Source: Planctomycetota bacterium (GTDB lineage: Bacteria > Planctomycetota > B15-G4). Taken from it: a stretch of DNA of 64,000 nucleotides. Positions 19,385 to 29,013 of this stretch are shown here, in pieces; within the stretch, counting starts at the first letter, position 1, and each line of letters starts with the position of its first letter. The translations under genes and the position numbers were made by a program. The stretch is from assembly GCA_965248575.1 (NCBI GenBank), contig CBDFJQ010000002.1:4416001-4480000 (forward strand), given 5' to 3'. The notes below the pieces were generated by a model. That model was not told the DNA's origin. It saw only the letters and a program-made list of their open reading frames with translations, and searched no databases.

Positions 19385-19510
19385 GCGGATCTGCCCGGGC
19401 GCCGTTGGCCAGAGCACGCAAGAGGCCGCCGAGACCATCGAGGCCATGCTCCGAACGCATGCCGTGAGCCCGGAGGGCAGGTTCACGGGCCAGTTCGTGC
19501 CGACATCGGT
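19385..19510 (-). pseudogene. Relic of the shared C-terminal domain
   Basis: DVGTNWPVNLPSGL...ALANGARA with frameshift; 19470-19508 is 34/39 identical to 34370-34408. Confidence 0.75.
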
Positions 19511-19577
19511 GCGATCTCCGGCACCGCCGTCCGGTTAGGATGCGCGCCGGGCAACCATCCTTCGCAGGGCAACGGGC

Positions 19578-22508
19578 GTGGACGACACTTTCGAACGGAC
19601 GCGGGCCGCGCTCGCCGAGCATTATGAACTGCGGAAGCTGCTCGGGCGTGGCGGCATGGCCGAGGTGTATCTGGCCCAGGACCTGCGCCACGATCGCAGC
19701 GTTGCGGTGAAGGTGCTGCGGCCCGACGTGGCCGCGCAACTGGGTACCGAGCGCTTCCTGCGGGAGGTGCGCGTGGCGGCCGGGCTCTCGCACCCGCACG
19801 TGCTGCCGCTGCACGACTCGGGCGAGGCGGAGGGCCTCCTTTACTACGTGATGCCCTGCGTGGAGGGGGAGTCGCTGGCCGAGCACCTGGCGCATCATGC
19901 CCCGCTGCCGCTGGAGGAGGCCGTCAGGCTGGGCCGCGGCATTGCACAGGCCCTGGGCCACGCCCACGCGCGCGGCGTGGTGCACCGCGACGTCAAACCG
20001 GGCAACGTGCTGATGTCGGAGGGCGAGCCACTGCTGGCCGACTTCGGCCTTGCCAGCAGCGATGTGCCGCAGGATCTGGCGTTGACCCAGGCCGGTGACG
20101 CGCTGGGCACGCCGCTCACCATGAGTCCCGAGCAGGCGGGGGGGCAACCCACCGACGCCCGCAGCGATGTGTACTCCCTGGGCTGCGTGCTGTTCGAGAT
20201 GCTCACGGGCCGGCCTCCCTTTCATGGTGCCTCGGCGGCCGAGCTCTTCGCGCATCATCGCGAGACGAAGGTCCCACGCCTGGCTAGCCTGCGCGCCGAC
20301 GCACCGCCTGCGCTGGATCAGTTGGTCGCCCGTTGCCTGGCCAAGCGCCCCGACGACCGACCCGCAAACGGCGAGGTCGTGGCCGAGGAGTTGGACACCA
20401 TCCTCGGCACCTTGCGCACCGGCGCGGTGCGGGTCGAAGGCGGCCGGCGCATGAAGCGCATCGTGGGCGTGTCGGCGCTGGTGGTGCTCGTGCTGGGCGG
20501 CGTGCTGTTCGCCGTACTGCGCGACCGCTCGCGACGCGCGTGGGTGGACGAAGAGGCCTTGCCCGCGCTCGAGGCCGCCATGGACGCCAGTGCCTGGGAG
20601 GACGCGATGCAGCTGGGCCTGGAGATCGAGGCCATCGTGCCCGACCATCCGCAGCTGGTCAGTCTGAAGGACGGCTACTCGGGGGAGGTGGAGCTGCTCA
20701 GTGATCCGCCGGGTGCCAGCGTGACGCGCCAACCGCTGGACAGAGCCGCTACCGGGACCGACACCGGGGCTGCCCCCGTGTGGATCCCCCTGGGCGTCAC
20801 GCCGGTGACGGTGCGCTTGCCGCACGGGTTCCATCGCCTGCGCTTCGAGAAGCAGGGCTACCGCACCTCCGAGATCGCGTCGCACTGGTACTACCTGCGC
20901 GGGCAGACCACGCGCCTGGCCAAGCCCGGCGAGGTGCCCGACGACATGGTCTTCGTGCCGGGCGGCCGCGTCGCGTTGAACATCCCGGGGCTGGACCACC
21001 TGGCCGAGGTGGAGCTGAACAACGCCTGCCTGGGCCGGGACGAGGTGACCGTCGGGGAGTACGCGCGCTTCGTAGAAGCCGGTGGCTACACGGATCCGCA
21101 GTGGTGGACGGAAGCCTTCCTGCACGACGGCGTGACGCTCTCTTTCGAGCCGGCGATGCAGCGGCTGCAGGACGCCACGGGGCGCCCCGGGCCGGCGAGC
21201 TGGATCGCCGGCGCACCTCCCGAGGGGACGGCGCGGCACCCGGTGACAGGAGTGTCGTGGTACGAGGCGGCCGCCTACTGCGCGTGGGCCGGGCGGGAGC
21301 TGCCCACCATCTATCATTGGAATCGCGCGGCCGAGACGAGGCTCTCCGCGATGGTGGTGCCCGGCAGTCACTTCGACGGCGGCGCGCCGGCGGACGTGGG
21401 CAGTTACCCAGCGCTCTCGGCCTTCGGGCTGCGCGACATGGCGGGCAACGCGCGCGAGTGGTGCAGCAACCACACCAGCAAGGGGGAGCGCGCCATCCTG
21501 GGCGGCGGCTTCGACGACCTGCCATACATGTTCAACGACTTCTTCGCCGCCGACCCTTGGGACCGCAGCCCCAGCAACGGCTTCCGCACGGCGACCTACT
21601 CCGAGCCGCCCGGCGCGAGCGTGACCGCAGCCGTGGACCCGCCCTCGCGGGATTTCCGGGGCGAGACGCCGGCCTCGGATGAAGTCTTCGCAGTCTACCG
21701 CGACCTCTACCGCTACGACCCGCTGCCTCTAGACTCCGAGGTGCTGCTGCGCGACGAAGGCCATGCAGACTACGTCGCGCAGCGCGTCGCCTACACCCTG
21801 CCCTACGGTGACGAGCGCGGCGAGGCGTGGCTGTACACACCCAAGCGCGGGGACGGCCCGTTCCCGTGCGCGGTGATCTTCCCTGGCAGCAACGCCATCC
21901 ACACCGACAGCAGCGATTCCCTGGTGCGCAGTCGCTTCGGCTGGCTTATGCGCCAGGGCTACGCGGTGATCCTCCCGATCTACCTCGCGACCTATGAGCG
22001 TGGCACGGAGCTGAAGAGCGACTACCCGGACGAGAGCCAGCGTTGGCGGGATCACGTCGTGGCCTGGGGCAAGGACATGTCACGCGCCATCGACTACCTG
22101 GAGGAGCGTCTTGACTGCGACGCGGATCGGCTGGCGTACTTCGGCACCAGCTGGGGTGGAGCCATGGGGCCGATCATGGTGGCCATCGAACCGCGCTTCG
22201 ACGCGGCGGCGCTCTACGTGGCGGGCCTGTTGTTCCAGAAGAGCCGTCCGGAGGTGGAGGCCATCCACTACGCACCGCGGGTGACGGTGCCGGTGGTGAT
22301 GCTCAACGGCAAGTACGACCACTTCTTCCCGGTGGAGACCAGCCAGCGTCCGCTCTACGACTTGCTGGGGACGGCCGACGACAAGAAGCGCTACGTGCTC
22401 GAGGAGGGCGGCCACTTCGTGCCGAAGGAGACCCTGGTGCGTGAGGTACTCGCGTGGTTCGACGAGTGGGTGAAGGGAGTGGGGGGCGAGGAGCAAGCGA
22501 AGGGGTGA
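19578..22508 (+). CDS. Ser/Thr kinase - TM - FGE-sulfatase (SUMF1) - alpha/beta hydrolase fusion
   Basis: GRGGMAEVY, HRDVKPGN, DFG; PVTGVSWYEA, DMAGNAREW; GTSWGG. Confidence 0.92.
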   Translation: MDDTFERTRAALAEHYELRKLLGRGGMAEVYLAQDLRHDRSVAVKVLRPDVAAQLGTERFLREVRVAAGLSHPHVLPLHDSGEAEGLLYYVMPCVEGESLAEHLAHHAPLPLEEAVRLGRGIAQALGHAHARGVVHRDVKPGNVLMSEGEPLLADFGLASSDVPQDLALTQAGDALGTPLTMSPEQAGGQPTDARSDVYSLGCVLFEMLTGRPPFHGASAAELFAHHRETKVPRLASLRADAPPALDQLVARCLAKRPDDRPANGEVVAEELDTILGTLRTGAVRVEGGRRMKRIVGVSALVVLVLGGVLFAVLRDRSRRAWVDEEALPALEAAMDASAWEDAMQLGLEIEAIVPDHPQLVSLKDGYSGEVELLSDPPGASVTRQPLDRAATGTDTGAAPVWIPLGVTPVTVRLPHGFHRLRFEKQGYRTSEIASHWYYLRGQTTRLAKPGEVPDDMVFVPGGRVALNIPGLDHLAEVELNNACLGRDEVTVGEYARFVEAGGYTDPQWWTEAFLHDGVTLSFEPAMQRLQDATGRPGPASWIAGAPPEGTARHPVTGVSWYEAAAYCAWAGRELPTIYHWNRAAETRLSAMVVPGSHFDGGAPADVGSYPALSAFGLRDMAGNAREWCSNHTSKGERAILGGGFDDLPYMFNDFFAADPWDRSPSNGFRTATYSEPPGASVTAAVDPPSRDFRGETPASDEVFAVYRDLYRYDPLPLDSEVLLRDEGHADYVAQRVAYTLPYGDERGEAWLYTPKRGDGPFPCAVIFPGSNAIHTDSSDSLVRSRFGWLMRQGYAVILPIYLATYERGTELKSDYPDESQRWRDHVVAWGKDMSRAIDYLEERLDCDADRLAYFGTSWGGAMGPIMVAIEPRFDAAALYVAGLLFQKSRPEVEAIHYAPRVTVPVVMLNGKYDHFFPVETSQRPLYDLLGTADDKKRYVLEEGGHFVPKETLVREVLAWFDEWVKGVGGEEQAKG

Positions 22509-22524
22509 GCAGGGTCGGGGGACC

Positions 22525-22824
22525 GTGCCGCCGCTCGCCGACCTGCAGGTCTCGGTGACCAGCGGCAGCAATCCCCTGCTGCTGACCTTCGATGCAGGCG
22601 GAAGCACGGACCCGGACGGGCAGCTCATCGCCTACCGGCTCGACCTGGGCGATGGCTCGCCGCCGATCGACCTGGATCCGGGCTTCCTGCAGGCCACCCA
22701 CGTCTACAACCGCTTCGGAACCGGACCGATCCTCGTGCCCACGACCTTCGACGCACTACTCACCGTGACCGATGATTCGGGCGACCAGCACTCGACGATG
22801 GTCTCGGTGATGGTCAATCCCTGA
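22525..22824 (+). CDS. Stand-alone PKD domain (possibly a fragment)
   Basis: FDAGGSTDPDG...DLGDG...LTVTDD; no signal peptide. Confidence 0.65.
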   Translation: MPPLADLQVSVTSGSNPLLLTFDAGGSTDPDGQLIAYRLDLGDGSPPIDLDPGFLQATHVYNRFGTGPILVPTTFDALLTVTDDSGDQHSTMVSVMVNP

Positions 22825-23017
22825 GGATCCCTTCCTCTCAGAGTTTCCAATGGGCGTAGTCGTCTGCGCGGGGCTTGGTGTTGCGGGCGATGGGGGTGGG
22901 TTCCCGGAAGAAGCGGCGCTACTTACCCCAACGACGTCGACACGCTCTGCACTTCGTCCTCCTCCAACGCATCGACCAACGCCAGCACCCGTCGTCCGTG
23001 CCGCGGAACGAGCCCGC

Positions 23018-24307
23018 TCAGTCAGCCGTCGTGGCGCGCAGCCCGTTCGAGAGGGTGAGTCCGTGAATCGAGGAGAGGTCCTCGATGATGAACTGGAACC
23101 ACACGTCCGTGCCGGGCGGGAGCAGCGCCGGCCACGTCGCCGTGCCGCTGAAGGCTCCGGCAGGATTTGCGAAGAGGAAGATCTGGGTCGCGTAGGGGAA
23201 CGCGTGCACGGTCCCGCCCAGCGCCGCGAAGGGCACCGGTGCGAAGGACACCCAGGCCAGCATGGGCGCGCTGGGCGGTGCGCCGCTGAGCGAGACTGTG
23301 GTGGCGGTGCCCCCGATCAGCGAACCCGTGCCGCTGAGTGTCGGAACGCCCGCGATACCCGGCGTTCCGCCGCCGAGCTCGGACCAGGTGCCGGTCGCGT
23401 CACGTGCGAAGGTGAACTTGTCGCCAAAGATGTAGAAGGCGTCTGTCGGCACGCCCTCGAGCTCGCGGAAGTCGAAGCTGCTGAAGCCTGCCGGGGCGAC
23501 GACACCGAGGAAGTTGCCGTAGCCTGGGAAGCCCTCGCCGATGGGGTTGGCGAAGTCGTCGTCCAGATAGATGGCCACCTTGCCACCCCCGTTGACGGAC
23601 GAGACGTAACCACCTATGGCCACCAGCGGCGTGGCGCTTTCGCCGCGCCAACGGTCCGTGCAACTACCAGGCACGGCGCATTGCGGGCCCGCCAGGTAGT
23701 CGCCGTGGGGGAGGGCGAAGAACCCGTAAGCACCCTCGATGGCGGGGCCTGGGCCGGTGGTCACCTGGCTGGTGCCGATGGGACTCGACCAGGTGATGCC
23801 CTGGCTCGTGACGCTCGACTGCGTGGCGGGGTAGCGCGCCGCGCCCCAGGCGGCCTCGTCCTCGAAGCTCTCGCTCTGCGGAGCGAACCCGTGCGCCGCC
23901 AGCGCGGTCATGAACAACGCTTCGTCGGTGTAGAAGGTGGCATCGTTGCCCGGCGTCACCGTGAACGTGACGGTGGCCAGGTTGCTGTCGTGGAAACCGT
24001 CGTGGGCCTTGTAGGTGAATGACTCCGTCCCCACGAAGCCGTTGGTCTCGTACTCGAACGACCCGTCGGGTTCCAGCAGCAGGGTCCCCACCGTCCCGCC
24101 GGAGCTGGCGAGGACGGCGGTGATCGGATCGCCGTCCGGGTCGCTGTCGTTGTCGAGGACGCCGGGGTCGTCGACGCTCAGGTTGTCGTCCTGCGAGGTC
24201 ATGTAGGCGTCGTCCAACGCGACGGGAGCCGTCTGAGCCACAGCGGTAGATGAGAGGACCAAGGCGGTGAGCAAGGTTGTGAGCAGGGGGGCAGTCATTG
24301 GAGCCAT
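23018..24307 (-). CDS. Secreted Ig-like (cadherin/Big) protein with shared C-terminal domain
   Basis: APVALDDAY...GVLDNDSDPDGD...DGSFEY; CTD at 23018-23386. Confidence 0.85.
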   Translation of the reverse strand: MAPMTAPLLTTLLTALVLSSTAVAQTAPVALDDAYMTSQDDNLSVDDPGVLDNDSDPDGDPITAVLASSGGTVGTLLLEPDGSFEYETNGFVGTESFTYKAHDGFHDSNLATVTFTVTPGNDATFYTDEALFMTALAAHGFAPQSESFEDEAAWGAARYPATQSSVTSQGITWSSPIGTSQVTTGPGPAIEGAYGFFALPHGDYLAGPQCAVPGSCTDRWRGESATPLVAIGGYVSSVNGGGKVAIYLDDDFANPIGEGFPGYGNFLGVVAPAGFSSFDFRELEGVPTDAFYIFGDKFTFARDATGTWSELGGGTPGIAGVPTLSGTGSLIGGTATTVSLSGAPPSAPMLAWVSFAPVPFAALGGTVHAFPYATQIFLFANPAGAFSGTATWPALLPPGTDVWFQFIIEDLSSIHGLTLSNGLRATTAD

Positions 24308-24499
24308 GAGCGTTGTCTCGCTGGGTGGTCGGTGCGTGGACAGCCGTACCGTAAGGGCCCCGGCTCGATCTGCGGATGACGATCTTGTTCGACGCCGAGC
24401 TCTGGTCGCACATCGGCATGCACCGTGCCGCCCATGAGCCAGCCGAAGCTCCGACAACGCAGGTGAGCATTGACCACTCAGGCGCGGTAACCTCCTGCC

Positions 24500-25771
24500 G
24501 TGCCGACACTGAAAGGGAGCCCCCTCGCCCGCACCACCACGCTCTGCGCGCTGTACTGCGCGCAAGGAATGCCGTGGGGCTTCGTGACCATCACGCTGCT
24601 GGGCTTCCTGGCCGAGCGCGGGGTGGGCTTGGACGAAGCGGCCCAGATCATGACGCTGGCCACGCTGCCGTGGTCGTTCAAGATCGTGTGGGGCGTGGTC
24701 ATCGACCGCTTCACCTTCCGGCCCATGGGGCGCCGTCGTCCGTGGGTGCTCGCGGCCCAGCTGGGCATCGGCCTGACCCTGCTGACGATGATCCTGATCG
24801 ACGACATCTCGGCCGACGTCCAACTGCTCGCGTGGATGGTGTTCGTCAACAACTGCTTCGTGTCGCTGCAGGACGTGGCGAGCGACGCCCTGGCCGTCGA
24901 TGTGCTGCTGCCCAAGGAGCGCGGCCGGGTCAACGGACTCATGTGGGCGTCGAATAACCTGGGCGTGGCCATCGGCGGCGCGGGCATGGGCATGGTGCTG
25001 GCGGCCTACGGCGTGCAGGCCGCATTCGTGTTGCAGGTCTCCGTGCTGATGGGCATCGCCGCATTCCCGTTGCTGCTGCGCGAGCGAGCCGGCGAGCGCT
25101 TGCTCCCGTGGTCCCGTGGTGAAGCCAGTCGTGAAGAAGGCGAAGCGACCACCAGCAGTTCCCGCGTTCTCGTGCGCCAGTTGTTCTCCGCCTTCGCCTC
25201 CCGCGCGCCGTTCATCGGGCTGCTCTTCGCCGCCGCCAACAGCGTGACCATCGGCATGTTGAATACCGTGAACCCGACCTTCTGCATCCAGCAGGTGGGC
25301 TGGTCGCAGGAACGGTACAGCCAGATCGAGGGTGGCGCGGGCGCTGGGGCGGCGGTGGTGGGGGCCCTGCTCGGAGGCTTCCTCGTGGACCGCATGGGCA
25401 TGCGCCAGTTCATGACCCTCGTGGCGCTGGCCATCGCGGCCATCTGCGCGGGCCTCGCGTTCTCGGAGGCCCTGCGGGCGTCGGACGCCTACGTCGTGTT
25501 CTACATCGTCGGCGTCAACTTCCTCATCTCGGCCATGCTCGTGGCGGGCTTCTCGCTCTTCATGCGCCTCTGCAGCGTTGCGGTGGCCGGCACGCAGTTC
25601 ACCCTCTTCATGGCCACCGGCAACTTTGCTCGCATCGGCGGCGCGCGCGTCGTCGACGCCCTGAGCGATGTCGGCTACAGCGCCATCTTCCTCGCCATGG
25701 GCGGCGCGGTGCTGCTGTCGCTGCCGTTCCTCTATGCGATTCCCGCGACCGACGTCACGCGGGAAGGCTGA
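24500..25771 (+). CDS. AmpG-like MFS transporter
   Basis: LY.AQGMP, LPWSFK, GRRRPW, QDVASDA, TQFT. Confidence 0.88.
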   Translation: MPTLKGSPLARTTTLCALYCAQGMPWGFVTITLLGFLAERGVGLDEAAQIMTLATLPWSFKIVWGVVIDRFTFRPMGRRRPWVLAAQLGIGLTLLTMILIDDISADVQLLAWMVFVNNCFVSLQDVASDALAVDVLLPKERGRVNGLMWASNNLGVAIGGAGMGMVLAAYGVQAAFVLQVSVLMGIAAFPLLLRERAGERLLPWSRGEASREEGEATTSSSRVLVRQLFSAFASRAPFIGLLFAAANSVTIGMLNTVNPTFCIQQVGWSQERYSQIEGGAGAGAAVVGALLGGFLVDRMGMRQFMTLVALAIAAICAGLAFSEALRASDAYVVFYIVGVNFLISAMLVAGFSLFMRLCSVAVAGTQFTLFMATGNFARIGGARVVDALSDVGYSAIFLAMGGAVLLSLPFLYAIPATDVTREG

Positions 25772-25788
25772 GTGGGGGCGCTGCTCCC

Positions 25789-25824
25789 GGTCCGCAACAT
25801 GGGCTGCATGGGTTCGATCTGCTC
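25789..25824 (+). repeat. oriIS-like end motif copy (degenerate)
   Basis: ggtccgcaacatgggctgcatgggttcgatctgctc; preceded by gtgggggcgct also seen near 54425. Confidence 0.6.
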
Positions 25825-26983
25825 AGTCGCCCAGCTCGACAACCTTCACGCTGAGGCCATCGCCGGTCAGCGCCAAGCGTCCTTCACGTAGCGCCAGTGC
25901 GTCCTTGCCGAAGACCTCTCGGCGCCAGCCGTGCAGCGCGCGGATGTCCGGCTCTTCTGACGTCGCGAGCAGGTCCAGATCGGCGCGAGTCGCGACGAGC
26001 TTCATGGCGACACCTTTGGCCTCGCAGCGCAACTTCAGCAGCGCCTGCAAGAGGGCAACCAACGTCTCGTGGCCGGAGAGTGCTTCACGCCGCTCGGGCA
26101 GGGTTGGCCACTCGTCTTCGGGACGTGCGAGCGCGCGCGCGACGGCCTCGAGGATCGCGCCACCGTCCTTGCCGTGCGCGATGCTCTCCCTCAGACCCCG
26201 GGTGCGCGCCAGTTGCTGGCGATTCTTCGGGAGGTGCTGGGCGATCTCGGCCAGCGCGTCGTCGCGAATCACCCAGTTGCGCGGGAGATCCCGGTTGATG
26301 GCGGCGCGTTCGCGCCATGCCGCCAGCTCACGAAGCACTACGAGGGTCTCTCGGCTCGGACGTCGGACCTTGATCCGCCGCCAACTCTGCTCCGGGTCGA
26401 CACGGTAGTTGCCCTCCTCGAGGAGGTCCTCCATCTCCTCCTTCACCCATGCGGCGCGCCCGCTCTCCGCGAGGCGCTGCTGCAGTTGCTCGTAGATCGG
26501 ACAGAGGTGGATCACGTCACCGAGCGCGTAGTCGATCTGCCGCTGCGTGAGCGGGCGAACCGCCCAGTCGGTCGCCTGCGACGCCTTGTCGAGCTCGATG
26601 TCGAGCATCTTGTGCACCAGGGTCGCGTAGCCGGGTTGCTCACCAAACGCGCAGACCGTCGCGGCGATCTGCGTGTCGAACAGAGGCGCCGGCACCCGGC
26701 CGCACAGACGATAGAAGATCTCCAGGTCCTGCTTGGCAGCGTGGAACACCTTGACGATGCCCGGGTCGTTCATCAGCTCGAAGAGCGGTGCGAGATCGAT
26801 GCCTGGCGCCAGCGCGTCGACCGCCGCGAAGTGCTCGGCGTGTCCGATCTGCACCAGGCAGAGCGTGGCGTAGTACGTCTTCTCGCGTAGGAACTCGGTG
26901 TCCACGGTGACGTAGGGAGCGGCTCGCACGTCGTTGCAGAAGGAAACCAGCGTCTTGGTATCGGTGATCAGCATTCGAGCCAT
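25823..26983 (-). CDS. rnd: Ribonuclease D
   Basis: VDTEFLREKTYY, FHAAKQDLE, FDTQIAA, YALGDV, HRDC domain. Confidence 0.95.
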   Translation of the reverse strand: MARMLITDTKTLVSFCNDVRAAPYVTVDTEFLREKTYYATLCLVQIGHAEHFAAVDALAPGIDLAPLFELMNDPGIVKVFHAAKQDLEIFYRLCGRVPAPLFDTQIAATVCAFGEQPGYATLVHKMLDIELDKASQATDWAVRPLTQRQIDYALGDVIHLCPIYEQLQQRLAESGRAAWVKEEMEDLLEEGNYRVDPEQSWRRIKVRRPSRETLVVLRELAAWRERAAINRDLPRNWVIRDDALAEIAQHLPKNRQQLARTRGLRESIAHGKDGGAILEAVARALARPEDEWPTLPERREALSGHETLVALLQALLKLRCEAKGVAMKLVATRADLDLLATSEEPDIRALHGWRREVFGKDALALREGRLALTGDGLSVKVVELGD

Positions 26984-27059
26984 GGGTTTTGGGCGGGGCG
27001 AATCGAGGAGAGTACAGGAGCCGCAGCCCGCGGGTACCATCCCCCGGTACCATCCCCGG

Positions 27060-28136
27060 GTGCGCATAGCGGCCTACGTCTACTCTGGGTGGCACCCGAT
27101 CCCCGAACGGGACGCGAGCTTCCACCCCGGCTTCACCGAGTGGGAGCTGCTGCGGGACTGCCGACCGCGCTTCGAGGGGCACGCCCAGCCGCGCGTGCCG
27201 CTGCTGGGCGCGTACGACGACCGCGACCCGGCGCAGGTGGGCCAGAGGATCCGCCTCGCGCTCGAGCACGGCATTGACGCCTTTGTCTACGGTGTGTTCT
27301 GGTGCCGCGGCAAGCGCGTCTTCGAGGCCGGGCTCGACGAGGGCTTCCTCGGTTCGGACGTGGGCACCTCCGCGCCCTTCGCGTGCATGTGGGCCAACCG
27401 CATGCCGCGACGTGTGTTGCCCGTGCGGCGCGCGGACCTTCCCGTCATCGACCCGGCGCGACGCGCGCCCTCAGACGTCGACGATTTCGTGGCCTTCGTG
27501 CAGATGCTCGCCGAGCAGTACTTCTCGCGGCCCAACTACTTGACCGTCGAGGGGCGCAGCTACCTCTCCATCTATGACTCGACGTTCTTCCTGGACGAGC
27601 TGGGTCTCGACGACGCGGCGCGCGCCATCGGGGAGGCACGTGCATGGCTCGCGGCGAACGGGCACGCCGACCTGCACCTCGCGGCCATCGAACCGAATGT
27701 CCGCATGCTGCCGCAGGTCGCGCGCGTGGGCTTCGACAGCGTCACCCACTACGTGCACCTGCCGGAGTGGAAGGGGCCGCCTGTCCAGGACTACCGTGCG
27801 CTGGCCGAGCGCCGGGCCGACGAGTGGTCGTCGTTTGCGGATGCCTCGGGCCTGCCGTACATGCCGTCCGTTGCACCGGGCTGGGACGCTTCCCCGCGCG
27901 CGGCAGACTTCGGCGCCACGCGGCCGGACCGCTACCCGTGGTCGCCCGTCGTCACCGGCGAGCACCCGGAGCTCTTCCACGACGCGCTCGGCCGCGCGCT
28001 GTGGTTCGCGTCCCCGACGCAGGTGGAGGACTCGCTGGTCTTCGTCGCCTCGCTGAACGAGTGGACGGAGGGGCACTACCTCGAGCCGGACGAGCGCTTT
28101 GGGTACGGGTGGCTGGAGGCGGTAGGGGCTCGGTGA
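27060..28136 (+). CDS. Glycoside hydrolase 99-like / WbsX family protein
   Basis: WHP.PE, PLLGAYD, PGWD.SPR, NEWTEGHYLEPD. Confidence 0.88.
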   Translation: MRIAAYVYSGWHPIPERDASFHPGFTEWELLRDCRPRFEGHAQPRVPLLGAYDDRDPAQVGQRIRLALEHGIDAFVYGVFWCRGKRVFEAGLDEGFLGSDVGTSAPFACMWANRMPRRVLPVRRADLPVIDPARRAPSDVDDFVAFVQMLAEQYFSRPNYLTVEGRSYLSIYDSTFFLDELGLDDAARAIGEARAWLAANGHADLHLAAIEPNVRMLPQVARVGFDSVTHYVHLPEWKGPPVQDYRALAERRADEWSSFADASGLPYMPSVAPGWDASPRAADFGATRPDRYPWSPVVTGEHPELFHDALGRALWFASPTQVEDSLVFVASLNEWTEGHYLEPDERFGYGWLEAVGAR

Positions 28137-28220
28137 AGACGGTCCCTGCAACGGCGTGCTTCAACGCTCGCTCGCTCACCCGAATCGTCTTGGGACGGGC
28201 GCGCCAGCGGGACCGTCCGC

Positions 28221-28252
28221 GATCCGATCACTGACACGATCGTGTTCGCCTC
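28221..28252 (+). repeat. oriIS-like end motif copy (degenerate)
   Basis: gatccg...acacga...tgttcgcctc; coincides with the duplication boundary. Confidence 0.55.
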
Positions 28253-28338
28253 GGCACCCGCAGACGTGGCCGTGCGAGCCTCGTTCTTCAGTCAGTGAAG
28301 CTGCGCTTGTTCCGGCCGACACGACAGCCTCATGTGAG

Positions 28339-28851
28339 TCATACGTCTCCACCATCGACAAGCTCGCCGCTGAGTTTGAGCAGCGCACCGTTCGTGATCT
28401 TGCTGCGGTAGAGCTCTCGAACCTCGTCGGTGTCCGCATCAGCTCTGTAACAGACGAAGCGGCCCTTGGCGTCCACGGCGCAGGTGCCAGCGCTTGAAGC
28501 CGACTCAATCGTTCCGGAGAGCTTCAGTCGCTGACCCGTTTTCAGGTCGCTTCGGTAGAGCTCGACCACACCCGCGGTGTCCTGGTCGGCGTAGTACACG
28601 ACGTTCCGACCATTGAAATCCACGATGTAGGACTCGACCTGCCCGCCGTCCGCGATGGGGCCGTTCAGCTTGAGTACCTGACCGTTCCTCAGGTCGCTGC
28701 GGTAGAGCTCCCGAACACCGTCCGTGTCCGCATCCGCGAGGTTCACGCTGTAGCGACCCTTTGGGTCGACGGTTGGAGACTGCGACTGTGCCAACAGCGG
28801 CCCGGTCAGCAGGCCCAGCGCAAGGATTTCTACCACTGAGCGACTTCCCTT
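28339..28851 (-). pseudogene. Collapsed paralog of the 14373-16094 propeller gene
   Basis: Near-identical ends, two in-frame inter-repeat deletions, ATG changed to AAG at 28849-28851. Confidence 0.88.
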
Positions 28852-29013
28852 GCGACTCCTCCTCTGATTGCAAGATGGAGAGGCATGCTAACAGCTGGGC
28901 GCCTGTGGCCGGCCTAGTCAGGACGATCGAGCCGCGCTACGGTGGCCTGGAGTGGATGCCGAGGAAGGTCGGACAACCTTCTCGGGACCCACAGGGTCCG
29001 GCGACACTTGAGA

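Noticed and set aside
19344..21473. Long antisense or alternate-frame ORFs (also 34198-35850, 51055-52818, 61165-62679)
   Set aside because: Shadow ORFs of high-GC genes, overlapping well-supported CDS
24380..24450. Further CTD relic (MGGTVHA on the minus strand)
   Set aside because: Only six matching residues; could be chance
14012..26345. Diversity-generating retroelement (FGE domain target, near-identical repeats)
   Set aside because: No reverse transcriptase, no second copy of the FGE 3' region, and mismatches between duplicates are not adenine-specific
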